DNA from: Octopus vulgaris
Lineage: Eukaryota
Length of the DNA: 64,000 bases
Assembly (NCBI GenBank): GCA_951406725.2
Contig: OX597828.1
Location: 43,710,001-43,774,000 of the forward strand
Direction: 5' to 3'
Within the stretch, counting starts at the first letter, position 1; the number at the start of each line of letters is the position of its first letter. The translations under genes were made by a program, and so were the position numbers. Below, piece after piece: positions 49,875 through 63,030 of this stretch. A model generated the notes under the pieces. That model had not been told where the DNA came from and did not search any database. It was given only the letters and a program-made list of their open reading frames with translations.

Positions 49875-50354
49875 AAGTAGTAGTAGTGGTGGTGGTGGTG
49901 GTGGTTGATGTTGTTGTTGTTGTTGTTGTCGTTGACGTTATCGTTGGTATGGGTCTTTGGGGGCATTCAATATGATATATGATATCTTCGCCTACGGTCA
50001 GACCTAGAATGCGCCAATACTCAACAACGGCATTGACAACCACCACACTTAAAACACGTTTGCGCGTGTGTATATAGAAATATATATATATATGTGTGTG
50101 TGTGTGTGTATGTGTGTGTGTGTGTGTGGCTGCGTATGTGTGTGTCTGCGTGTGTGCATGTGTGTGTGCCTCTCCCTTTCTATATTTCTCTTTCTCCCAC
50201 TCTCTCTCTCTTTATCTTAGTATATAGATATGTATGTATATATATATATATATACACCCATACGTACATTCATACATACATACATGCATACATACATACA
50301 TATATATGTGGACAGAGATAGAGATAAATAGATAGATAGATAAATAGATAGATG

Positions 50355-50409
<55 letters not shown>

Positions 50410-50484
50410 GAATGGATAGATAGATAGATAAATAGATATATATATAGATAGATTGATAGATAGATAGATAGATAGATAGAGAGT

Positions 50485-50534
<50 letters not shown>

Positions 50535-50560
50535 CACACACACACCCATTTATATATATA

Positions 50561-50821
<261 letters not shown>

Positions 50822-51030
50822 TGTGGTAGGGGTTCGTTTCCCTTGTTGCCAAAATTTTGTATACGAAGGATCCAGAATCTCACATCGATAACCAGCTGGC
50901 AGAGAATCTGCCTTGGGTCAAACTAGTAGTAACACGGAACAGCTACTTTGCTATGGCGACTAACTTTACTGTTTATTATAGTTACTAAATTGGTCTCCTC
51001 GCGACATTTTACATCTAGTTATTTTGCTTG

Positions 51031-51065
<35 letters not shown>

Positions 51066-51110
51066 GCATGTGTGTGTGTGTCTGCATGAAAATATGATAT
51101 TCACAAACAC

Positions 51111-51184
<74 letters not shown>

Positions 51185-51298
51185 CGAAATTGCGAGGATG
51201 ATCCGGTTCTTGAGTGAGGATAAAAGGCTCCGAATGACATGTCCTTGTTTTTTTTGTATCACCTAGTTGTCCTGATGTTTTGCGTTCTCATCCCATTT

Positions 51299-51367
<69 letters not shown>

Positions 51368-52121
51368 CGGCGTATGTACACTTTGTTCTCTTATATATAT
51401 GTTGTGCATATCTACAAGCCCATATCTAGAAAACTACAAAGACACACAGTGAAGCTCTCACACGCAAACACCCAACCACCTATGTTGTAATTCCATATAT
51501 GAAATAAATTAAACAAATAAATAAATAATAATACACAGCTGTGTTAAAGTGCTGTTTGATTTGGACTGGGTTATTTCTTATCGCATAATTTTGATTTAAT
51601 CTTTTTCTATTAATTAATATCCCCGCTTCGAAATATGGGATTATTTACATGGCTAGTCACATAAGGTTGTGTGTGTATGTGTATACAGGTACATATTCAT
51701 ACATACGTACATACATACGTACGTGCATGCATACATACGTACGTGCATGCATACATATATACGTACGAACGTACACATATGCACACACACACACATACAT
51801 ACACATAGATATATACATACACATAGATATATACATACACATAGATATATACATACACATAGATATATATACACACACACACACACAGAAACACATGTAT
51901 ACGTTTATGAATTTGTGTTCCAAGATTCCTGAAAGATATATCGACAAAGCGGAGCAGGAGCACAATCGAGGAGGGCAAGTGTCGCTGAAGAAGGCCACAG
52001 ATGTGTGACGAATGATTTCGGGAACATTGAACATGAGTTAAAATGTGAACAATACTAAGCGAGAGAAGACCGTGCGTGTGTGTTTATTTGGCAAAAATAA
52101 AAAGAATGACCATCCCAAAAA

Positions 52122-52174
<53 letters not shown>

Positions 52175-52177
52175 GCT

Positions 52178-52882
52178 TACATGTATAGGTATATACATAT
52201 GTATATGTGGGCACAGGACGTCACAAAACGTAAACAACAAAAAGTACGAAGTACGATGACATGGAATATGAACATATTCTTTTACCATCACTTCTCCCTT
52301 TCTTCTTTTCTCTTTTCTCCTATCTCCAAATCTTTTCCTCTCCTCTTCACAGTTCTCTGTCTGTCACACTCTCTCCTTCCCTCTTCCTCTTTTTCTCACG
52401 TGTCTCCCACGTGACCATCGGCCATTTTTCTGTCTTCTCCTAACTTGTGTTTCATTCTTTCTTCCTGTTGCACATGGATAAGGAAGACGTAATGTTGTCT
52501 GTCTCATGTCCAAGTTTGCTTGTTCACGTTTGCCACCACAACCTCGTTTAGGCTTAGCAGCTATTTCTGCTTGTCTTCACTGTCCTGCTTTTGTTACCAA
52601 TTTTGACCCTTCGTAAAATCTCAAATTTTATTTAATTTGCTTTGCGGGAGCAACTGTCTTTTCAAAGGCGTATCTTGTAGTGAATTGCTCGAAATACGGA
52701 TTAGAAAAACAGCCGACAACGGATGGAGGTTCGTTCTTTGTGTTGTTTGCTTGTTTTCCATTTGTTTCTTTCTTTGTTCGCAAAAAGCGGTTCATATTCC
52801 ATATCCTCCTACTTCGTATTTCTTGTTACGTTTTGTGAGGCCCTCTGCCCACATACGCACATGTATGTACGTATACATGTAA
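52178..52882. repeat. Segment bounded by ~95-bp imperfect inverted repeats within (TA)n
   Basis: GTGGGCACAGGACGTCACAAAACGTAA...GGAATATGAAC (to ~52273) vs GTTCATATTCC...TTACGTTTTGTGAGGCCCTCTGCCCAC (from ~52790). Confidence 0.8.
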
Positions 52883-52907
52883 ATATGTACGCATACGTAT
52901 GTATATA

Positions 52908-52948
<41 letters not shown>

Positions 52949-52952
<4 letters not shown>

Positions 52953-53180
52953 CTTTACTACCCAGAAGGAGCTAAACACAGAGGTGACAAACAAAGACAG
53001 ACAAAGCGATTAAGCCGATTCCATCGACCCCAGTGCGTAACTGGTACTTAAATTATCGACCCCGAAAGGATGAAAGGCAAAGTCAACCTCGGCGGAATTT
53101 GAACTCAGAACGTAACGGCAGACGAAATACGGCTACGCCTTTCGCCCGGCGTGCTACCGTTTCTGCCAGCTCGCCGCCTT
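52949..53180 (-). mobile_element. Family A SINE, young tail variant
   Basis: Full-length reverse-complement copy. Confidence 0.9.
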
Positions 53181-53404
53181 CGTTATAAATATAGATATAT
53201 AGATATAGATATAGATATATTTGCGTATGTCTCAAAGGTTAGGAATGCCGTGAGTGGCAACATGGTGTATACAAAATAATGAAGCATGGCTCCATCATTG
53301 GAAACATATTCAAGGAATCGAATCGTGTCGGAGACGCAACCACTGAACTTTGACTACGTGGAATGGTTATTTATATATGCTCATAAATTTATCATTACCG
53401 TGTA

Positions 53405-54118
53405 GATTTTAGTTCAGCTTAGGGCGTCGCTTGTTTACCGGGGCTAAGCTATTCCCTACGCTGTTTCATATTGTTGTACAGGCACCATTTTTCGTTGCCA
53501 GTAACCTTTCGGTAAAGAAATCCTTGCTTGTATCCATGAGTTGAGCGGTGACGAGCAAGCAAACCAGCGGAGATTGTGGCTCGTTGATTTTTGTTGTTGT
53601 CACTGAAAGCATGCGGAACCCATGCTCCATACTTCTGAACATTTCCTATCGAGTGGAGATACTTTTCTATAGCAGTGTGGGTATAATTCCATTTTCTCTG
53701 CCAGTTCCCTTGTCGTTTGACGAACATTTTCGTGCAAAAGTTGGTTTAATTGCTCTTCATCGAACTCAGCTGGATGGCCGCAACGAGGTGCGTTTTTGAG
53801 GTCAATATTTCCATTTTTGAAATTGGCAAACCAATCACGAGCGGTTCTTTCAGCTACGTGACCTTCTCCATGCACAGCACAAATGTCGCGATCAGCTTTT
53901 GCGGCCTTAGAACCTTGAGTAAAAGCAAAAAGAAGGCGGTGTCAAAAATTCTCGTTTCACTTAACTTGACATTTCATTTGAATGATCTGAAAGTAAAAAA
54001 AAAAATTACCTAAAGCTAACAAGCAAAAAAAAAACAAAAACAAAATAGATTCCAAAATTCAAAGACGCAATAAATTCCAAAATTTAAAAAAGCGGCAGGA
54101 ACTTAGTTGCCAACCCAA
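53405..54118 (-). mobile_element. 3'-truncated mariner transposon with transposase pseudogene
   Basis: TA|TTGGGTTGGCAACTAAGTTCCTGCCGCTTT TIR. Frameshifted peptides with HTH (ERTARDWFANFKNGNIDLKNAPRCGHP), WVPH motif and VTGNEKW (TGDEKW) motif. Confidence 0.93.
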
Positions 54119-54151
54119 TATGTAAATATATATATATATATATATATATAA

Positions 54152-54254
<103 letters not shown>

Positions 54255-54274
54255 CATGTATCTATGTATATGTG

Positions 54275-54478
54275 TGTGTATGTGTTTGTGTGTCTTTGTC
54301 TCCCCAGTATCGATGTTGGTGTGTTTCCGTACTCGTAACTTAGCGGTTCGGCAAAAGAGACCGATAGGATAAGCACTTGGCAAGCAAAGAATAAATCCTG
54401 GGGTCGATATGTTTGAGTAAAGGCGGTGCTCCGGCATGGCTGTAGTCAAATATCAGAAACAAATAAAAGAATAAAAGA

Positions 54479-54480
<2 letters not shown>
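54275..54480 (+). mobile_element. Family B SINE, 3' half
   Basis: GTAACTTAGCGGTTCGGCAAAAGAGACCGATAG...GGCGGTGCTCCGGCATGGC, with (ATAAAAGA)n. Confidence 0.85.
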
Positions 54481-54515
<35 letters not shown>

Positions 54516-54613
54516 GTTAATCCAAACAAGAAAACACAAGAAAACACAACAACGCGAGGACGTGGAACAAATATAGTATTATTGGACGCTCAGGAAAGAA
54601 GGGAAGAAGGAGG

Positions 54614-54648
54614 ATTTAACGTTTCGAGCGGAGCTCTTCGTCGGAAAC
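54614..54648 (-). ncRNA. Hammerhead-like motif (U4C core variant) in a ~200-bp insert in (TA)n
   Basis: Minus strand GTTT CCGACGA A GAGC TCC GCTC GAAA CGTT AAAT. Stem I GTTT/AAAT, stem II GAGC/GCTC, palindromic ACGT stem III. Confidence 0.6.
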
Positions 54649-54709
54649 ATAGGAGAAGGAAAGATCCAGAGAAGGGAAGACAGAGGAAAAAAAAAACGCC
54701 TACGGTGAC

Positions 54710-54737
<28 letters not shown>

Positions 54738-54740
<3 letters not shown>

Positions 54741-54817
54741 AAATATATGCATGATTTATATTATATGCACATATATATGTGCGTGTGTGTTTGTGCATAT
54801 ACAAACAATCAATATAC

Positions 54818-54856
<39 letters not shown>

Positions 54857-55073
54857 AGTGTGTGTGTGTCAGAATATCCGCATGCAAATATAGATATAAA
54901 CTTCTATAATGAATAAGGTAAAACTGTATCCATGTATGTGCGTACCACATCTTCACGTTGTCGTTTCGTCGCTCTTTTTAGGATTAACTACACACGCACA
55001 CATAGTTTACGTACAATAAGATATATATACATATATATACATACATATACATACATACATACATATATACATA

Positions 55074-55148
<75 letters not shown>

Positions 55149-55515
55149 TCAATATAGGGTGGCAAAAAAAATTTTGTAGAATTCTTTTGCCACCAGCGGC
55201 CTAGTAGGAAAAAATTAAATAGTCATAGACCATTTTTAAGTTCAACATCAAACAATCAAGGAACGGCCATAATAGGCCGTTCACCCACTAGAAATAACAG
55301 CCAAAGCTTCAACCGCAAATAAAAGTCAATTCTGTAAACCAGGAGAAAATTTAAAAAACCAGGAGAAAATTTAAAAAAATTAAAAAAATTACAGGGTAAA
55401 TGTTTTTTAAATTTTCTCCTGGTTTACAGAATTGACTTTTATTTGCGGTTGAAGCTTTGGCTGTTATTTCTTATAGTGGGTGAACGGCCTATTATGGCCG
55501 TTCCTTGATTGTTTG

Positions 55516-55566
<51 letters not shown>

Positions 55567-55992
55567 GTATATATATATGTATGTATATATACGTATATAT
55601 ACATACATATATTTATATATCTATATATGTATATATATCTTATTGTACGTAAACTGATATAAGTATCTATGCATGCATGTGTGTGTGTGTGTGTGTGTGT
55701 GTGTCCTAAAAAAGTGTGTGTGTGTCAGAATACGCATGCAAATATAGATATAAACTTCTATAATGTGGTAAAACGCACATACATGGATACACACATACAT
55801 GTTTACAGTTTTACCTTATTCATTACAGAAGTTTATATCTATATTTGCATGCGGATATTCTGACACACACACACACACACACACTCACACATATATATAT
55901 ATACATATATTGATTGCTTGTATTTGCATACACATACACGCACATATATATATATATATATGCATATAATATTCATCTTGCATACATTTTTA
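54738..55992. repeat. Nested inverted duplications: outer arms ~54738-54928 / 55804-55992, inner arms 55247-55359 / 55402-55517
   Basis: Outer: CAGAATATCCGCATGCAAATATAGATATAAACTTCT and its reverse complement, plus an extra direct copy at ~55715-55775. Inner arms appear identical apart from a 3-nt indel. Confidence 0.9.
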
Positions 55993-56349
55993 TGTATATG
56001 TATACATACATAAAATTGTATGTGTGTATTTATTTGACAAATATCATGTTATCCATGATAGATACTTATTTAATGAACACCGGACGACGAGTTGAAGTAT
56101 CAATTCACACTCTAAATATGGAGACGACTTCATATTCCTAAATATTTAAGCAATGATTTATCTTTAAACCTTTAACGTTTATCCCCTTTAAGACAAGGAG
56201 AAAATAAATACGTCATTATAAAATCTTTATTAAATGTAACACTTTTTAGACTTGATTCTTTCTTATTGCAAAGGAAAATTCGAGACTGTACTCCGACAAT
56301 GTTAGTAACCGTTTCTTTCTCTTAAAGGATGTAGTAAATTAAAATGATT

Positions 56350-56540
56350 TCGAATTTTGGCACGGGGCCTGCAATTAAGGGTGTACGGAGTAAGCTGATT
56401 AAATCTAAAAAATAATCGACTAGTTCTTATTTTATCGATCCCGAAAGAAAGATGAAAAGCAAAGCCGACCTCGGAAGAATTTGAACTCAAAATGTAAAGA
56501 CGGACGAAATGTCGCTAAGCATCTTGTTCACTGTCTTACA
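56350..56540 (-). mobile_element. Family A SINE, degenerate
   Basis: GAAAGATGAAAAGCAAAGCCGACCTCGGAAGAATTTGAACTC. Confidence 0.75.
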
Positions 56541-56579
56541 CAACAACAACAACAATATTAATAGTAATAATAGTAACCT

Positions 56580-56750
56580 AGGTGTCTCTAATAACACAGT
56601 GCTATTAGGGACAGTTTGGATACTTAAGAGGGTTTTTGGCATCAAATGTGACTTGTTGGAACCCAATTGGAGCGCTAAATGTTGCTGCCCGATGTTAAGA
56701 TACTTTTCTTTTTTACGTCTAATCTGTTGAGTAAATATGAAAATAATAGT
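56580..56750 (+). mobile_element. Short R4/Dong-type LINE 3' fragment
   Basis: NTVLLGTVWILKRVFG resembles the QKTVLLG end of the neighbouring element; followed by (CAA/TAA)n. Confidence 0.55.
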
Positions 56751-56759
56751 AACAACAAT

Positions 56760-56841
<82 letters not shown>

Positions 56842-56845
56842 TTAA

Positions 56846-57412
56846 TGTACGCCACTAGCCCAGAAAGAATATACGAGACGTCATGATAATATAGCAAGGA
56901 TTGTCAATTGGACACTTTGCAACAATTATGAACTTCACAGAGCAAAAGTCGTACGACCATATACCCGAAGGCAACGTCGAAAATGGAAATGCAAAAATTC
57001 TATGGGATTTTATGATTCAGTACGACCATAAGATAAAGAATTGGAAACCAGAATAGTGTTGAGAAAGAAAGCAAACGATGCCGGATCATAGATATAGAAT
57101 GCCCAGCTGACAAGAAGGACGAAAGAAAAGTCGATAGATATGACAGGTTAGCTTGGGAGGTTAAGCAGCTGTAGACGATGAAAAAGTTGGTAGTAGGACT
57201 AATAATTGTCGGAACCATGTGAACAGTAAGAAAAATCTTGAGGAGTACATGGGGAAAATAGGGGCTGCAATAAGGAAGAAATACTTGCAGAAAACAGTAC
57301 TGCTTGGACCCAGTCGATGGTGCTCGAAAAATAAGGGATGTTACTTTAGTTCACTGGTAATGAACAGCTGGCATCATTGTACATCTCCAGCGATAAAAGC
57401 TGTGCAAAGACA
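56846..57412 (+). mobile_element. 5'-truncated R4/Dong-type LINE (RLE domain) inserted in (TAA)n
   Basis: CTPLAQKEYTRRHDNIARIV..., YDHIPEGNVENGNAKILWDFMIQ, RIIDIECPAD and LQKTVLLG, with stops and frameshifts. (TAA)n on both sides. Confidence 0.88.
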
Positions 57413-57421
57413 ATAATAATA

Positions 57422-57488
<67 letters not shown>

Positions 57489-57490
<2 letters not shown>

Positions 57491-58045
57491 GCCCTGATGC
57501 AGTACCACGCAGTGGCTCTCGTGGCTTGTGATCTCAACTGATTGGAAGTGTTATCGTGCACATTGTTTTGTCTTGGTATAAAAGATGGGCTACAGCAAAT
57601 ATTCTGGTCAATACCACAGATTTGCTTGTCAGTTGTTTGACCTTAACCAGTTGAGCATGTCCCTTAGTGGCTGACAATATGTGCATCTCTGATCAGGAGC
57701 AGAAGTAGATGGGGCGCATGATAGCCATGTGTTGAGAGGAACTCTTTGGGCTCTGGATAATTTACCACTGGAAACATAGGCGTTCTATTCATCATCCTGA
57801 AACAAACCTTACTCAGGGACCTTTTGAGCGGTATGGGCTACACGACCTGATGAAAATTCTAACTGGGCCCCACCTGCAAGATCACGTGCTGTATATCTAG
57901 ATATAGGGTCACTGTGTCGCGCACATATGGTTGTATTGCATGTATCAGGTGTACCCTTATCAGGCGGGTAGCCACGTTGGGTATACTGGGTTTCGTATAA
58001 TTGTACTCCAATGTCACTTTGAAAGCGTGCACTGCTCTCTCACTT
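57489..58045. mobile_element. Unclassified ~550-bp GC-richer insert bounded by TAA repeats
   Basis: Sharp composition change starting at the end of (TAA)n and ending at TTAATAATAAC. No coding motif recognised; single copy in the window. Confidence 0.4.
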
Positions 58046-59318
58046 AATAATAACATCGACCAATTGCAACCAACACTCTTAAATGAGAATAGCTGTATGA
58101 ACATCGTTACCAATTTCTTCACTGTAGCATAAATCATACATCTATACACACAAAGATTGACATATACACACATACAACAGACATACACACATACGCAATC
58201 CACTGTAAAAGCCATCTATTATATATTCCAACATTACAAAATCCCACTTTAAGTTAAACAATAATGTACACACTCCTTCTATACCATTGGTGTATGTTTG
58301 TGAGTGTAAGCACGTATATGTGTGTGTGTTTGTGTGTGTGAGTATAAATTTATATATGTGTATGTATATATATATGAATGTATTTATATATGCATATATA
58401 TATGTGTGTATATACGTATATGTATATTTATGTGTCCGCGTTTACATATATATATATATACTTGTATGTATGTATATGTATATATTTATATATATGCATT
58501 TAATATATAAATATACACAATCATTCGTCCATACATGCTTGTCTTTGAATGTGTATATGTTTTTGATTTTTACATTTGCCATAATCGTATTAATTCAAGA
58601 AGTTATTTTTCATTTAACATGTAATTAAAATTCATAATTGCATCATTTATGAAAACATTGAAACTTGTTTGAACCAGCTTGAACATAAGAATATCCGATA
58701 TCATTTAACCTCCTGGCTTTAATATAAGCGATGTTCTCTCTTGTTGCATATTTTCATATAATCTACGATGATTCTAGCAAATATATAATCACACACTTCT
58801 AAACTAATCCGCCGATTGAAAACAGCAGAACACCTGCCTCAAATCTGATATTTTAAACCTTTTAACAAAACTTCCCTCTAGAATTCAACGCTTTTCTATT
58901 CAAAATTTAATTGATGTGATTATGAGATATTACTTGAAAAATTGTTTTAATTTTATCTATTTTTATTCTTTTTACAAGCAAAACTCTTGCAAATTATACG
59001 CAATATAAATTGTATTATTTCCATTTTTACGCATTCATTCAAATACATTCTTCCTATTGTTTAATTATGTTAAAGGTTTAGACTATAAAGGGTGTTTCCT
59101 CATATAATGTTGTAAATCTGCAACTTGTTTCATTATGGTTATAATTAAAAGTATTTCGTAGATTTTATTCATTAGTGAAGGTTGCTTAAAGCATAATGCG
59201 GTACAAAGTCCGTGCGTGACAAAATGATGCGGTGATTGATCTCTGCTGTTCAACGGACGTGTTTCATATATAACTGTTTATACAGATATATTTCATATAA
59301 GTTCTACATTGTATACAT

Positions 59319-59724
59319 GCGAGCTGGCAGAAACGTTAGCACGCCGGGCGAAATGCGTAGCGGTATTTCGTCTGTCGTTACGTTGTGAGTTCAAATTCCG
59401 CCGAGGTCGACTTTGCCTTTCATCCTTTCGGGGTCGATAAATTAAGTACCAGTTACGCACTGGGGTCAATGTAATCGACTTAATACCTATGTCTGTCCTT
59501 GTTTGTCCCCTCTATGTTTAGCCCCTTGAGGGTAATAAAGAAATAGGTATTTCGTCTGTCGTTACGTTGTGAGTTCAAATTCCGCCGAGGTCAACTTTGC
59601 CTTTCATCCTTTCGGGGTCTATAAATAAAGTACCAGTTGCGCACTGGGGTCGAAGTAATCGACTGGATCCCTTTGTCTGTCCTTGTTTGTCCCCTCTATG
59701 TTTAGCCCCTTGTGGGCAATAAAG

Positions 59725-59730
<6 letters not shown>
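59319..59730 (+). mobile_element. Family A SINE head-to-tail dimer (second unit lacks the 5' ~40 nt)
   Basis: ...AAAGAAATA|GGTATTTCGTC... junction at ~59545; the two units are nearly identical. Confidence 0.92.
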
Positions 59731-59760
<30 letters not shown>

Positions 59761-59900
59761 TTAGCGCAAGTATATGCACTTAATAAAATAAATGTATTTA
59801 AATGGGAAGAAATTAATTATATATTTTGTATAAATTTTCCCCTTAACTACGTGATAAATTCTTATATAGATTTTATCCTTATATATATATATATACATAC

Positions 59901-59951
<51 letters not shown>

Positions 59952-60124
59952 CATATGCATATGTATATACAGTTATCTCTATATATATTTACTCTTGCTT
60001 TAAGACTCATACAGCCGTTTAACATGGTTCCCATGTGTAATAATTTACTGAGACCTCCAGAAACCCACCGAAAGGGACGCGGGGGTGTCTCAAAGTCCAA
60101 AGCTTGTGATTTTGAGTGGAGAAT

Positions 60125-60705
60125 GAAGTCGATTACATCGACCCCAGTGCGTAACTGCTACTTAATTTATCGATCCCGAAATGATAAAAGGCAAATTCGT
60201 CCTCGGTGGAATTTGAATTTAGAACGTAACCGCTAAGCATTTCGCCCGGCGTGTTAACGTTTCTGAAAGCTCGTCGCCTTGGTGCCTTTACGTTTCTACC
60301 GATGAAGCATCTTGCTGCCTTAGTGATGATCTTTTCAACTTTAGGCACAAATACTGGCATTTTTAGGGGATGGACTCAACCTTTGCTTCTTGACTGATGC
60401 TTATTTCATCAACTCCGAAAGGCTCAGAGGTGAAATCGACTTTCGCGAAATTTGAAATGACAACGAAATGTCGTTAAACAATTTGTTCGACATGATAACG
60501 ATACTGCTGGTGCCACCTTACAAACTTGGCACTCGACTTGCACTTTTCAAGAACGGATAAGACGATTATATAGAACCCAGTTCATGACTGGTACTTAATC
60601 TATCGACTCCCGAAGGGATGAAAGGTAAAGTTGATCTCTGCATAATTTGAAATGTCACCAAGTATTTTGTCCGACGCGCTAAAGAATCTGACAGCTCGTC
60701 GCGGC
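60125..60705 (-). mobile_element. Three degenerate family A SINE copies
   Basis: Family A motifs in reverse orientation near 60125-60280, 60335-60500 and 60560-60705. Confidence 0.7.
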
Positions 60706-60787
60706 AAAAAAACTTCCACGAAGACACTACACCTGCGAGAAAAATAACAATCAAATCCCCGCTCATGGGAATGGACACATTGTAGAC

Positions 60788-61381
60788 CAGAGGTTCTCGC
60801 CTTTTTTTGCTTATGGACTCCCTTTCATTACTCTTCTACCCCATGATAAGAACAAAACCACTATTTTATTTTGATTGCTGAATATTATAAAGAATTGTAT
60901 AAAAAAATTTAATATTTTGTGTATTCAGTTCTTTATTTAAGAGATTATGAATTATGTACATTATTTACATTATTTCCAGTTGACGCATATTTGTCCTCAT
61001 CTTGTTTGTTGTTAACACAACTTTTCATCTGATGTACTCTCTAGCCTTCATCAGGTGTCCTGGGGAATTTCGAACCTGTGTTCTCATTCCTAAGATGTTT
61101 TCCTATGTTGCTGTTGCTGTTGTTGTTATTGTTGTTGTTGTTGTTGTTCTTCTTCTTCGTCTTCTTCTTCTTCTTCTTCTTCTTCTTCTTCTTCTTCTTT
61201 TTCTTCTTCTTCTTCTTTTTCTTCTTCTTCTTCTTCTTCTTCTTCTTCTTCTTCTTCTTCTTCTTCTTCTATTTCTCCTACTTCTGCTACTTCTTCTTCT
61301 TCTTCTACTTTTCTTCTTCTTCTTCTTCTTCTTCTTCTTCTTCTTCTTCTTCTTCTACTATTTCTTCTTTTTCTTCTTCTT

Positions 61382-61451
<70 letters not shown>

Positions 61452-61588
61452 TCACTGCTTGGAATCGAACTCGTAGTCTTGGGGGTTAGTAGTCCGCGCT
61501 CTTAACCATTTCATTCCACCTAACTTTTAACAACAAAAATCTTACATGGACCCCCAGGGCTCATAGGTACACCGGCTGAGAAACACTT
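60788..61588. mobile_element. Degenerate hAT-like MITE interrupted by family C copy 3
   Basis: Termini CAGAGGTTCTC and GAGAAACACT, with subterminal ATGGAC(T/C)CCC motifs. TSD not clear. Confidence 0.45.
60926..61509 (-). mobile_element. Family C SINE, copy 3, with ~340-bp internal (AAT)n(GAA)n(CAA)n
   Basis: Head at 61445-61509 (TGGTTAAGAGCGCGGACTACTAACCCC...GAGTTCGATTCC). Tail GACACCTGATGAAGGCTAG...CAGATGAAAAGTTGTGTT at ~61013-61059. Confidence 0.85.
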
Positions 61589-62078
61589 TAAGAGGAAGGA
61601 TAAATAACAACAGAGATCGGCAAATTCAACCCATGGCTTGCATTTCAAAATGTTTTCATATGAAGGTTGTTATGGTCCCTGTAATTTTAAACACTCACTC
61701 ACATTTTCATATTTCCTACGTATGTTCACTTTAGGTCTTTATAACTTACACGGTCAAGAACTTATTTTAATTAATTAATTTTATTTTTTAATGAATAAGA
61801 GCATATGTATGTGCACCCAAGTCTGAAAAATATATATACTTTTAATCATTCTTAGGGCTTATAAAGTGTGTCAAATTACATAAGTGTTTTACTCCACTTA
61901 ATTGAATAGGTTAATTAATTAATTTACATACACTCACACGCACGCACACAGATAGATACATGCGTGAGTGTCTGCGTATAGTATGTATATATATATACAT
62001 AAACACACCGAAACATATATATATATACGTACATATATGAGCATACACACGTACACACATATATACATATATATATAT

Positions 62079-62123
<45 letters not shown>

Positions 62124-62420
62124 AACCTACATACATATATATATGTATACAGATAAATATAAATATATATATATACATATAAATATAAATATAAATATAA
62201 ACATATATATATATATATATATATAATTTTCGTTTGCCCTTACTTATAAGTTGTTTATAATTTAACCTTTAAAGGTATTTTTTAATATGCTGGCCATTGA
62301 TAAATTAAGTTGACAATCATATGAGCAGCATTCTTTGTTACCCATATTGAGCTTAATTCACGCTCACACACACACACACGCACACACACTCTCTCTCTGT
62401 CTCTCACTCCATCTCTCTTT

Positions 62421-62468
<48 letters not shown>

Positions 62469-62654
62469 CTGCGTATGTGTGTGTATGTGTGTGTTTGCGT
62501 GTGTATACATATAAATATGTATATATGAATATATATATATATATATATACATATATATATACACGCACATATATATATACACGCACATATATATATATAT
62601 ATATATATACACATGTGTGTGTGTATGCAAAATAACGAAGGCAACCATATGCGG

Positions 62655-63030
62655 TGTACTCTTTTACTCTTTTACTTGTTTCAGCCATCCGGCTGAGGCC
62701 ATGCTGGGGCACATAAATATATATTTATATATAAATATGAATGTATGCCTGCATGTATGTATTTATATATGTATATATTTATGTCTGTTTGTATTTATGC
62801 ATGTGTATATGCATGTAGGCGCAGGAGTGGCACACACATACATATATGTATATATATACATATATACGACAGGCTTCTTTCAGTTTCCGTCTACCAAATC
62901 CACTCACAAGGCATTGGTCGGCCCGGGGCTATAGCAGAAGACACTTGCCCAAGGTGCCACGCAGTGGGACTGAACCCACAACCATGTGGTTGGTTAGCAA
63001 GCTACTTACTACACAGCCACTCCTGCGCCT
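62655..63030 (-). mobile_element. Family B SINE (5' half 62865-63030; 3' tail 62655-62712)
   Basis: Near-consensus head and CORE. Tail GTGCCCCAGCATGGCCTCAGCCGGATGGCTGAAACAAGTAAAAGAG. Confidence 0.85.
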
